Below the pieces are notes generated by a model. The model made no database searches. It was given only the letters and a program-made list of their open reading frames with translations, and was not told the origin of the DNA. From NCBI GenBank assembly GCA_965220045.1, contig OZ244803.1, forward strand, positions 1,136,196-1,200,195: DNA of 64,000 bases. The letters run 5' to 3'. This document shows, piece by piece, positions 1 through 8,605 of this stretch; the first letter of the stretch is position 1; the number at the start of each line of letters is the position of its first letter. The position numbers were made by a program, and so were the translations under genes. Origin of the DNA: Chloroflexota bacterium (GTDB lineage: Bacteria; Chloroflexota; UBA11872; VXOZ01).

Positions 1-66
1 GGGAATACTACGCCGACGCTGTATGGGCTGTGGGACGTGCGGTATCTGTACCGGTTGGACCAGTAG
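1..66 (+). CDS. 3' end of a gene truncated by the window edge (…GNTTPTLYGLWDVRYLYRLDQ*)
   Basis: Open frame from base 1 to TAG at 64-66, followed by a terminator-like hairpin at 120-145. Too short to assign. Confidence 0.4.
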   Translation, partial: GNTTPTLYGLWDVRYLYRLDQ

Positions 67-119
67 TAGGTAAAGTTTGGTTGCCTTGCTGGAATCGGTT
101 GTTGGCTTTGCAAACTGAG

Positions 120-145
120 AAGCCCCCCTATTGCTAGGGGGGCTT
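120..145. terminator. Intrinsic terminator-like hairpin between convergent genes
   Basis: AAGCCCCCCTA-ttgc-TAGGGGGGCTT, 11-bp perfect stem. Confidence 0.7.
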
Positions 146-207
146 AGTCTCCTCTTCGAGTTTAACTTTCACGAATGCCTATTTGGGTCAGACTGTAGTC
201 TCCATTT

Positions 208-369
208 CTAGTCTAGGCTGCTGAAGCGGTTGGAGAGAATTTCGTCGATGATGGCGACGGAGAAGAGCAGGGCGAAGGGGATGGCGAGCATGAGGAAGAT
301 CGCGACGAGCGATATGAAGAAGAGCACGGTGTCTGCGGTGCTGAGTGTCGACATCCACTGGATGAACAT
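208..369 (-). CDS. Small (53 aa) single-pass membrane protein
   Basis: ATG at 369 preceded by AGGA SD; MFIQWMSTLSTADTVLFFISLVAIFLMLAIPFALLFSVAII has a long hydrophobic segment; GC3-rich codons. Confidence 0.55.
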   Translation of the reverse strand: MFIQWMSTLSTADTVLFFISLVAIFLMLAIPFALLFSVAIIDEILSNRFSSLD

Positions 370-520
370 TGCAGTCCTATTCTCTCTTCGCCGCACCGCA
401 TAGGTGAGGCACGGCCGCATCAATCACAGCGCCCGGCACGGCGGATTGAAGTGGCTGACGGTTACAATTCGGTGACTGAGCAACTCAGTCTCCCAGGGCA
501 GAACGCCGGTTTCTACGCTT

Positions 521-763
521 CTAGGCTGGCGATAACTCCAACGCGGCCAGTATCCCGACTACCACGATGGCGACCCCGTAGAGATGCAGCCGCATGCGCA
601 ACTCCAGTTCGCGGATCTTGGACTCGAGGGAGATGATGTCCGCCTTGGTCGCCAACTCATCCTTCGATTCGCTGAGGGCATCCAGCAAGCTCTTGGCCTG
701 CGATTCTGTAAAGCCTCCCGCCTTGAGCGCCTCGTACGTCTTATGTGTGTCGAATACCGCCAT
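521..763 (-). CDS. CCDC90/DUF1640-like coiled-coil protein with C-terminal TM helix
   Basis: FDTHKTYEALKAGGFTESQA head, LATKADI motif, short coiled coil, hydrophobic tail. Confidence 0.75.
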   Translation of the reverse strand: MAVFDTHKTYEALKAGGFTESQAKSLLDALSESKDELATKADIISLESKIRELELRMRLHLYGVAIVVVGILAALELSPA

Positions 764-915
764 CGCGATGCCCTGCTTCCATGGGAGCACTTCAATAGCC
801 TAAACTAACTCTACCAATTGCCGGAATGGAAGACAATCACTAACGGCAATTATTCGGTTCGAGCAGCAGTTCTTAGAAGCTTGCTCAATGGTGCCTTCCC
901 ATATTTGGAAGTGCG

Positions 916-2370
916 TCACGCTTCTTCCGGCCAGTCGAGCATCTGCACGGTGACCTCGCTGCCGGGCTCGACATAATCTGTGTGCTCCGAGATGATGGCG
1001 AGGCCGTTGGCTTTGGCGAGGGACGTGAGAAGCTGCGACCCCTGCTCGCCGGTGAGCCGCGCGGTGTAGCCGTGGTCGTCGCGCTCCACGACCACGCGCA
1101 CGAACTGGCGCCGGCCGTGGTTTTCCATGCCGTCGAGGAAGCGCGCCGTGATGGTGGTCTTGTGCAGGTGGGTGTGCCCCTGCATGACGAGGAGCGCGGG
1201 GCGGACGAATTCCTCAAAGGTGACATAAGCGGAGACCGGATTGCCGGGCAGGCCGACGACGGGGACGCGGCGGGTTGGTTCAGCGGATGAAAGATGGATT
1301 CCCGCTTTCGCGGGAATGACGGGATCAGGTCCCCCCGCGAGGTTGGACCCCTCACCCTGGCCCTCTCCCCGGGGAGAGGGAATGCTCCCCGCTTGCGCGG
1401 GAATGAGGGATGAGTCCGCGTCCGCTCTGGTAGAATCCGCACTTACTGTTCCCTCGATATGACCGAAAGCCAGCGGCTTGCCGGGGCGCATGCGGATGCG
1501 CCAGAAGTCGATTGCGCCTTCCGCGCCCAGCACGTTACGCACCAGGTCGTAGTCGCCCATGGAAACCCCGCCGATGGTTACGATCAGGTCGCAGTCGTGG
1601 CAGGAGAGCAGGGCTTGACGAATCTCGTCCACGGTGTCGCCGACCACGGGCAGGCGGCGCGGGACTCCGCCATAGACGGTTACCAGCGCTTCCAGAGCAT
1701 GGGCCGCGCTGTTGCGCACCTGACCGGGCAGCAGCGGCTCCGCGATGTCGACCACCTCGTCGCCGGTGGGGATCACCGCCACCACGGGCCGGCGGTAGAC
1801 CGTCACTTCGGTCTTGCCCAGGGACGCCATCACGCCGATCTCGGCTGCGCGAATCCGCTTGCCCTGAGCGAGCACCGTTTCGCCGGTCTTGATGTCCTCA
1901 GCGCGAAAGCGCACGTTGTCCTGGTATTCCGGGGCAAGCAGGATGCCGACGGTGGCAGGATCGCCGCTCGCGCCGGGCGGGGTGCCGAACTTCGCCCAGT
2001 CGGTGCGGTCCGTATCCTCGAACGGCACCACGGCGTCGCTGCCCGGCGGCACCGGCGCGCCGGTCATGATGCGCACGGCTTCGCCGGGTCCCAGCGGCGC
2101 GTCCGGCACTGCTCCCGCAGCCAGGTCGCCGACGACGCGCAAGTGCACCGGCTGCCCCTCACTCGCCGTCTGCGTATCGGCAAAGCGCACGGCATAGCCG
2201 TCCATGGCCGAGTTGTCGAACGCGGGCACGTCTTCCGCGCTGACTACGTCCTCCGCGAGCACGCGGCCGAGGGTTTCCATGAGTGGCACTGTCTCCGCCT
2301 CAAGCACGGAGAACTGCGAGACAATGCGCGCAAACGCTTCCTCGACGCTGAGCATACGGTCTTCCGGCAT
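916..2370 (-). CDS. moeA: Molybdopterin molybdenumtransferase MoeA (gephyrin-like) with a 60-aa in-frame insertion
   Basis: SAMDGYA, IMTGAPVP, TGDE, GGVSMGDYD, RPGKP, GLPGNPVS motifs. Confidence 0.95.
   Translation of the reverse strand: MPEDRMLSVEEAFARIVSQFSVLEAETVPLMETLGRVLAEDVVSAEDVPAFDNSAMDGYAVRFADTQTASEGQPVHLRVVGDLAAGAVPDAPLGPGEAVRIMTGAPVPPGSDAVVPFEDTDRTDWAKFGTPPGASGDPATVGILLAPEYQDNVRFRAEDIKTGETVLAQGKRIRAAEIGVMASLGKTEVTVYRRPVVAVIPTGDEVVDIAEPLLPGQVRNSAAHALEALVTVYGGVPRRLPVVGDTVDEIRQALLSCHDCDLIVTIGGVSMGDYDLVRNVLGAEGAIDFWRIRMRPGKPLAFGHIEGTVSADSTRADADSSLIPAQAGSIPSPRGEGQGEGSNLAGGPDPVIPAKAGIHLSSAEPTRRVPVVGLPGNPVSAYVTFEEFVRPALLVMQGHTHLHKTTITARFLDGMENHGRRQFVRVVVERDDHGYTARLTGEQGSQLLTSLAKANGLAIISEHTDYVEPGSEVTVQMLDWPEEA
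1296..1406. repeat. Cluster of REP-like palindromes inside moeA (two ATTCCC-N8-GGGAAT-type units flanking a CCCTCTCCCC/GGGGAGAGGG unit)
   Basis: ggATTCCCgctttcgcGGGAATgacgg (1296-1322); ccctctccccggggagaggg (1361-1380); ccccgcttgcgcgggaatga (1387-1406). Confidence 0.85.
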
Positions 2371-2513
2371 GGTGGCCGTTTACCTTTATTGGCTAGGTTT
2401 TACTTTGTTGAGGTAACTCTGAATGGGTCTAACTGAGCGGCGCTCGTGTGCCGCAGCAGTCTCGGCTCAAAGGCGGCCGCGAGAGCGCATCTTGAAGCCG
2501 CCTAAAGTAAGCA

Positions 2514-2537
2514 GCGGGGGACAAGCCCCCGCGCTCC
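2514..2537. repeat. REP-like GC hairpin downstream of the ALDH gene (possible terminator)
   Basis: GCGGGGG-acaag-CCCCCGC followed by gctcc, resembling a degenerate GTAG-tagged REP. Confidence 0.5.
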
Positions 2538-2618
2538 TGAAGTCAACTCAATCGGCATCCGCGTAAGCAGTCGACGCCGCGCTCATCCCTGTATTCTCGT
2601 TCAACACAAGATATGAAC

Positions 2619-4067
2619 TTACCCTTGCAGGTTGAACACCACCAGTTTCAGGTCGGTCATTTCTTCGATGACGAATTTGGGGCCCTCACGGCCCATGCCG
2701 CTCTCTTTCACGCCGCCGAAGGGCATCTGGTCGGCGCGGTAGCGCGACGTATCGTTGATCATCAACGCGCCGATGCGCACCTCTTTGGCCGCTTTCCAGG
2801 CGGTTTCCAGGTCGTTGGTAAAGATGCCGCCCTGCAGGCCGTAGCGGGAGTCGTTCGCCAGGGCAATCGCCTCATCGATGTCGTCAAATGCAGTTACCGT
2901 AACCGCGGGACCGAACAACTCTTCCTGGAAAATACGCATATTGGAGCGCACGCCGCTGATTACTGCCGGTGTGACGAACTGAGCCTCGCGCGAGCCGCCA
3001 CAGTGTACGGTCGCGCCGTCGGCTGCCGCTTCCTCGAACCAGGCTTCCACGCGCTCGGCGGCGCTGAGCGTCACCATGGGGCCGACGTCGGTGCTGTCTT
3101 CGTACGAGGGACCCACATTCATCTTCTCCACCTGGGGCACCAAGGCCGCCAGGAATTCCTCCTCGATGTCGCGGTGCACGAGGATTCGTTGGGCGGAGGT
3201 GCACACCTGACCCGCATTCATGTATCCGCCTTGGGCAACGCCTTCAGCCGCCGCTTGCACGTCGGCTGTTTTGTCGACGATGACGGGTGAGTTTGCGCCC
3301 AATTCTAGAGTGGCCCGGCGCAGCCCGATGCTGTTGCGCAGGTGCTTGCCGACCTCGGCGGAGCCCGTGAACGAATACATCGCGAAGCGCTCGTCCTGAA
3401 TGAGCCACTCGCCGAGCGTCGCCCCGCCGCCGACGAGGAGGTTCAGGTGTCCCGGCGGCAGCCCGGCATCCAGGAAAGCCTGGCAGATCTTCACCGCCGT
3501 CACCGGCGTGGCGCTGGCGGGCTTGAGAACGACCGTATTGCCGGCCGCAATAGCGGGCGCGATCTTATGCGCCACGAGAATGGCCGGGAAGTTGAACGGC
3601 GAGATGCAGCAAATCACTCCAATGGGCTGGCGCATGGTGAACGCCAACCGGTTTTCGGATGCTACCGCGGCTTCCACTGGAATTTGCTCGCCATGGATGC
3701 GCTTGGCTTCTTCCGCTGCCACGAGGATCGTGCTTGCGGCGCGCGACACTTCAATTCGCGCTTCTTTGATGGGCTTGCCGCCCTCCATGCTCATGTGGAA
3801 GGCGATGTCCTCGACACGTTCCGTAAGTAGCTGGGACGCCTTATAGAGGATTTCGTAGCGCTGGTAAGCGGAGAGTTCCTGCTTGTCGTATGCGCGTTGC
3901 GCCGCCTCGATGGCAGCGTCCAGTTCGTCTTGTGTCGCTTCCGGCAGCGTAGCGAAGACCTCACCGTCATTGGGGCTGCGTACTTCCAGCAGCTTGCCGT
4001 CGCGCCGCTCAACCCACTCGCCATCAATCAGCAATCCAAAGTGCTTTGGTTCGGTAGTAACCGCCAT
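2619..4067 (-). CDS. NAD(P)-dependent aldehyde dehydrogenase
   Basis: ISPFNFP, KPA, FTGS, LELG (Glu), NAGQVCTS (catalytic Cys), EELFGP, PFGGVKESGMGREG. Confidence 0.95.
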   Translation of the reverse strand: MAVTTEPKHFGLLIDGEWVERRDGKLLEVRSPNDGEVFATLPEATQDELDAAIEAAQRAYDKQELSAYQRYEILYKASQLLTERVEDIAFHMSMEGGKPIKEARIEVSRAASTILVAAEEAKRIHGEQIPVEAAVASENRLAFTMRQPIGVICCISPFNFPAILVAHKIAPAIAAGNTVVLKPASATPVTAVKICQAFLDAGLPPGHLNLLVGGGATLGEWLIQDERFAMYSFTGSAEVGKHLRNSIGLRRATLELGANSPVIVDKTADVQAAAEGVAQGGYMNAGQVCTSAQRILVHRDIEEEFLAALVPQVEKMNVGPSYEDSTDVGPMVTLSAAERVEAWFEEAAADGATVHCGGSREAQFVTPAVISGVRSNMRIFQEELFGPAVTVTAFDDIDEAIALANDSRYGLQGGIFTNDLETAWKAAKEVRIGALMINDTSRYRADQMPFGGVKESGMGREGPKFVIEEMTDLKLVVFNLQG

Positions 4068-4239
4068 CGTCCATCGTCTCCTTGCGTAGGCTTGGTGAGT
4101 TCATGTTAGTTCCATATCACCATAGCATAGGCATTAGCGCGCGTACATGCAGACGACTGCGTGGGAAGGGCCGACTGCACTGCTTAGTGTGCCGGCGCTT
4201 GAGCAGCATGGCTATTGAGCTTGCTTGACAGGTTCATTC

Positions 4240-4448
4240 CTCCTTAATTCGGTCCTCTCAGTAGTGGAAAGGGTGTGCTCAGTCTCTTCGTAAAAGGTGT
4301 TCCTCGGCATCAAATACGGGTGCTCGCCAACTTTGGTATAGGGGGTTGGGAAGATCGAATGTGCGCCGACGGGCGTCCTGCCGGGCCACGGTGCTATCAT
4401 GGCCGAGGATGCATATAGCCAGTTGCAGCCACGGCGGAATCAGGGAGC
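4240..4448 (+). ncRNA. Candidate structured non-coding RNA, possibly 6S RNA
   Basis: Nested long-range helices: 4240-4254/4433-4447, TCCTCGGC 4301-4308/GCCGAGGA 4402-4409, GGGTGCTCG 4318-4326/CGGGCGTCC 4370-4378, internal hairpin 4327-4349. Many G-U pairs favour the + strand. Confidence 0.45.
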
Positions 4449-4498
4449 AATCATATTGAGCTCGACATTACTATCATGCTTAGGGGGAGGTCTGTCAC

Positions 4499-5029
4499 GT
4501 GCCACTACTGCCGTATAAAGGCGTGATGCCTCGCGTTGGCAAGAATGTCTTCATCGCGGAAAACGCGTATGTCATCGGCGACGTAGAGCTGGGCGACTAT
4601 GCCAGTGTGTGGTACGGGGCCGTGCTGCGCGGGGACTTTGCGCCAATTGTCATTGGTTCGCACACCAGCATTCAAGAGAACTGCGTTGTGCACACGGACC
4701 ATGGGTTTCCGTCTCAGGTAGGGGCCCATGTTACCACCGGGCACACCGCTGTCATTCACGGCGCGTCCGTAGGCGACCACTGCATTATCGGCATGGGCGC
4801 GTTGCTATTGAACGGCGCCTCAGTGGGACCGGAGAGCATCGTCGGCGCGGGAGCGGTGCTGGCAGAGGGCAAGGTATTCGCGCCGCGGTCACTGATTCTT
4901 GGCGTACCGGGCAAGGTGCTGCGAGAGGTCACCGAGCCAGAGATTGAACGCATCTACAGCAACGCGGAAACGTACCTGGGTTACGCGCGGGAGTACTTGG
5001 AAGCGCGGGGGCTATACGAAGCAGAATAG
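4499..5029 (+). CDS. Gamma-class carbonic anhydrase family protein (YrdA/CaiE-like)
   Basis: VWYGAVLRGD, IQENCVVH, GHTAVIHG hexapeptide repeats with metal-binding His; GGAGG SD. Confidence 0.92.
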   Translation: MPLLPYKGVMPRVGKNVFIAENAYVIGDVELGDYASVWYGAVLRGDFAPIVIGSHTSIQENCVVHTDHGFPSQVGAHVTTGHTAVIHGASVGDHCIIGMGALLLNGASVGPESIVGAGAVLAEGKVFAPRSLILGVPGKVLREVTEPEIERIYSNAETYLGYAREYLEARGLYEAE

Positions 5030-5169
5030 CCGACCAATGAAACTGAGCGCTTGTATAGAATGGCGTGGGCAGTCTGAATCTGCTCCTGGGTAGCAATTGC
5101 CCGGCGACTTCAGTCCTTGGCGAAGCCAGTGGGACTAGCGGATTCTGAGGAATTTGTTCTCAGCAGCTC

Positions 5170-5982
5170 TCAATCATCCTCACTATTCCCGATTGGCTCG
5201 CCGCAGTGTGGGCAGACTTTCGTATCCTCGCTACGCTTTCCCATTTCGCGGGCAAAGCCGGACGCCAGAATACCGGCGGGCAGAGCGAACATGCCCACGC
5301 CCATGACGGCGACAATCGCGCCCAGAAAGCGGCCAATCGGCGTTATAGGATAGACGTCCCCGTAACCCACTGTAGTCAAGGTCGCTACGCCCCACCACAT
5401 CGCCGCCGGAATGCTAGAGAAGACGTCCGGCTGTGCTTGGTGCTCTACGAGATACAGGAAACTAGAGCCAATGACGAGAAGCACTCCGGCGACGAATAGG
5501 GCAACCAATAGTTCGGAACGCTCGCTGCGGAGCACCTTGCCGAAGATGCGCATCGATTCGGAATAGCGGCTGAGTTTCAGGAAACGCAGGAGACGGAAGA
5601 ACCGCAGGGCACGGATGACGCGCAGGTCAATTGGGAGAAACATGGGTAAGTAGAAGGGCAAGATTGCCAATATGTCTACCACCGCGTGCCATGATCCGGC
5701 AAAGCGGATTCGACCGCGAATCGTACGCGCATAGCGGGGGTCGGCGACGCACGTCCAGAGGCGCAGCACGTACTCCACCGTAAACACCGCCACCGAAAAA
5801 ACCTCAAAATAGAGAAAGACGACAGCGTATTGCGTTGCCAGATCCTCGACGGTCTCCACAATCACCGCGACCACATTCAAAGCGATCAAGACAAAGAGGA
5901 AGAGGTCGGTTGCGCGGCTCGCCGTGTCGTCGGGATGTGCTACTTCCAGGAGTTCGTAGATTCTCTTCTGAATTCGTCTCAT
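5170..5982 (-). CDS. Voltage-gated-type potassium channel (ion transporter)
   Basis: TTVGYGD selectivity filter; Arg-periodic S4 (LRVIRALRFFRLLRFLK); C-terminal CPHC. Confidence 0.93.
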   Translation of the reverse strand: MRRIQKRIYELLEVAHPDDTASRATDLFLFVLIALNVVAVIVETVEDLATQYAVVFLYFEVFSVAVFTVEYVLRLWTCVADPRYARTIRGRIRFAGSWHAVVDILAILPFYLPMFLPIDLRVIRALRFFRLLRFLKLSRYSESMRIFGKVLRSERSELLVALFVAGVLLVIGSSFLYLVEHQAQPDVFSSIPAAMWWGVATLTTVGYGDVYPITPIGRFLGAIVAVMGVGMFALPAGILASGFAREMGKRSEDTKVCPHCGEPIGNSEDD

Positions 5983-6113
5983 GGCGCGTGCCTCTCCCAC
6001 AGGCTGGAACTTCACCTGCTGCGCTTAAGTTCCCAAACGGGCAGAAGTGCAAATCTCGATTAATTCGTCGGCAGAATCCGATGCCGGTCCAATCTTACAG
6101 GGTCTTGAGTATG

Positions 6114-6184
6114 CCTCATTCCGGCGAAAGCTGGAATCGATTTTCTCCGCGTGCTCTGGACTCCGGCTTCCGCCGGCGTGACGG
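6114..6184. repeat. Inverted pair of CGTC-type REP-like palindromes
   Basis: cctcattccggcgaaagctggaatc … ggactccggcttccgccggcgtgacgg; same family as the units inside moeA. Confidence 0.75.
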
Positions 6185-6365
6185 ACACATAGTCTGACAC
6201 ATTTAAGTATGACGAACGATTGACGGGCAGTTGCACTAGTGGAACACACCTATTCTACCTTCTGTGCCCATACTACTGTTACGCATCCGCTTGACGTAAA
6301 TCAGTCCCTGTGTGAAGATAGTAGGCGTTCCCATCTTTTTCGTATTGCCTTTCTCCCATTTGTCA

Positions 6366-6791
6366 ATGTCTTCTAAAGAGACGCCAGCCGACCCGCCCCT
6401 CAAACTCTTCACGCTACAAGAAGCCAATGCCCTCTTGCCGCGCATGCGTGAAACCATCGCCCGTCTGCAGGAGATCTTCGTTCAGTTTCGACAGTACGCC
6501 GATGGGGAGTCGTATCCTGCCCCGTTGCAGCGCTCCAATGGCCATCCCAAGGGGGAACCGGCATCTCTGCCGCGATTGCGCGAGATTCAGGCCTTGCGTG
6601 ATGAGGCAGAGTCGTTGATTAAAGCTATCGTGAATTTGGGTGTCGCGCTGAAAGACATCGAGCAGGGGTTAGTCGACTTTCCGGCAGAGCGGGATGGACG
6701 CATCGTCTTTCTGTGTTGGAAGCAAGGCGAGGACGAGATCCGTTTCTGGCACGAATTAGATACCGGGTTCGCGGGTAGAAAACCCCTCTAA
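6366..6791 (+). CDS. DUF2203 family protein
   Basis: FTLQEANALLP N-terminus; KDIEQGLVDFP…LCWKQGE…WHELDTGFAGR C-terminus. Confidence 0.85.
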   Translation: MSSKETPADPPLKLFTLQEANALLPRMRETIARLQEIFVQFRQYADGESYPAPLQRSNGHPKGEPASLPRLREIQALRDEAESLIKAIVNLGVALKDIEQGLVDFPAERDGRIVFLCWKQGEDEIRFWHELDTGFAGRKPL

Positions 6792-6814
6792 GCCACATTG
6801 GCACAGACTGCTGC

Positions 6815-8605
6815 ATGAAGATCCTCCGCCGCCTCATAGCCGCGACGTTTCGGCACCGCAACTTTGCCTTGTTGGCATACGGGGCATGGCTTGCCAGCAC
6901 GGTTTTGAGCTTGGTCACGCCCACGCTCTTCAAGGAAGTCATCGACAACGGCTTGACACCGGGCGACCTCCGCTACATTGCGATCATGAGCGGCGTCATC
7001 GTGGCAGTTGCTCTATTCGCTGCGCTCTTTCTCTTTGGCAAAGCCTTCTTCACCGCAGTGACTTCACAGAAGACTGGCTATGATTTGCGCGCGCAGCTTT
7101 ACGATCACCTGCAGCACCTCTCCTACGGCTTCCACGACAGAATTCAGGCCGGAGAGATGATCTCCGTGGCCTTGAGTGACATCGAGCTGGTGCAGGGCTT
7201 TGGCACCCAGGCCATCATCAATATGCTCGATACGTTTCTCCGCTACGCTATCGTGCTCGGCATCATGTTTTGGCTCAGCGGCGAACTGGCCCTCTGGTCA
7301 TTACCGCTCCTCCCGATTCTGGGTCTTATTTCCTGGTTCTATAACAAGCGGGTACGGCCGGCATTTAACAGGGTCCGGCAGCAGCGGGAACGGGTGGTCA
7401 TTGCCTTGGAGGAGGCCATCAACGGCGCGCGCGTGGTGAAGGCCTTTGTGCGGGAAGCGCACGAGCAGGAGAAGTTCAAGAAAGAAGGACGCGAGCTCGT
7501 GCACCTCATGATGCGGGCCGTCAACGTAAATACTACGCTCGGCCCACTTATGAATATGGTTTCGGTACTCGGTATCGTCATCGTGCTGTGGTTGGGGGGA
7601 CGGCTGTACATAAGTGGTGATCTTTCGCTCGGGGCGCTGGTGGCGTTTATTGCCTACTTTCAGATGCTCGTAGGGCCGACGCAGCAGCTTCCTGGGATTA
7701 TGGACAGCATTGCTTCAAGCATCACCAGCGGCGATCGCTTCTACGGTGTTCTCGATACGCGCTCACCGGTGCGGGACCAGACCGGAGCCCACGAACTGCC
7801 GCCGGTTGCGGGTCACGTCGTGCTGCGGGACGTGACGTTTGAGTACGAGCGCGGTTATGCCGTGCTGGATAACATCAACGTGGAGGCTGCGCCGGGCAAG
7901 ATGATTGCCGTCGTGGGGCCGACCGGCAGCGGCAAGAGCACACTGCTCTACATGATTGCCCGCTTCTATGACGTGCGCTCAGGCTCGGTCAAGATCGACG
8001 GCCACGATGTGCGGGATGTCACTCAGGATTCGCTGCGAAAGCAGGTCGGCATCGCGCTGCAAGAGCCAATGTTGTTTGCGGACACCATGGCGAACAACAT
8101 TGCCTACGGTCGCCCCGACGCGAGCATGGAAGAGATCGTCGCCGCGGCTAAGGCCGCCCAGGCCCATGACTTCATCATGGAGTTTCCAAATGGTTACCAG
8201 CACCGCATTGGCGAACGCGGCGCCGGCCTCTCCGGCGGTCAACGGCAGCGCACCGCGCTCGCGCGTACGCTCCTCCTTCAGCGCCGCATTATCATGCTGG
8301 ACGACGCGACGGCCAGCGTCGACACAGAGACCGAGTACCGGATATATGAGGGTCTCAAGAACTATGCCCAAGGCTCGACGAGATTCGTGGTGGCGCAGCG
8401 TGTCTCGACCATCAAGGAAGCAGACCTAATCCTCGTCATGGAAGAGGGCCGCATTGTCGACCGGGGCACCCACGAGGAATTGGTGCAACGGGAAGGCTTT
8501 TACGCCCGCATCTACGACATTCAGCTCAGGGACCAGGAGCGCATGGCCGCGCTGGCGCGCGAAGCAGAGCAGGGCGCAGATGGAGACGGAGCTGCCCATG
8601 GCTGA
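6815..8605 (+). CDS. Heterodimeric ABC exporter half with a degenerate NBD (TM287-like)
   Basis: TM domain + GPTGSGKS, LSGGQRQR, non-canonical Walker B (LDDA) and AQR switch. Confidence 0.92.
   Translation: MKILRRLIAATFRHRNFALLAYGAWLASTVLSLVTPTLFKEVIDNGLTPGDLRYIAIMSGVIVAVALFAALFLFGKAFFTAVTSQKTGYDLRAQLYDHLQHLSYGFHDRIQAGEMISVALSDIELVQGFGTQAIINMLDTFLRYAIVLGIMFWLSGELALWSLPLLPILGLISWFYNKRVRPAFNRVRQQRERVVIALEEAINGARVVKAFVREAHEQEKFKKEGRELVHLMMRAVNVNTTLGPLMNMVSVLGIVIVLWLGGRLYISGDLSLGALVAFIAYFQMLVGPTQQLPGIMDSIASSITSGDRFYGVLDTRSPVRDQTGAHELPPVAGHVVLRDVTFEYERGYAVLDNINVEAAPGKMIAVVGPTGSGKSTLLYMIARFYDVRSGSVKIDGHDVRDVTQDSLRKQVGIALQEPMLFADTMANNIAYGRPDASMEEIVAAAKAAQAHDFIMEFPNGYQHRIGERGAGLSGGQRQRTALARTLLLQRRIIMLDDATASVDTETEYRIYEGLKNYAQGSTRFVVAQRVSTIKEADLILVMEEGRIVDRGTHEELVQREGFYARIYDIQLRDQERMAALAREAEQGADGDGAAHG

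Noticed and set aside
885-1442. 185-aa alternative-frame ORF over the moeA 3' half containing SFPRKRES
   Set aside because: It is just another reading frame of the palindromic repeats; the MoeA frame is continuous and motif-complete.
1459-2436. Long antisense ORFs here and elsewhere (13698-14663, 30247-31212, 35805-37040)
   Set aside because: Shadow ORFs opposite well-supported genes, expected in GC-rich DNA.
2371-2610. Possible Moco riboswitch upstream of moeA
   Set aside because: I could not find the characteristic conserved elements.
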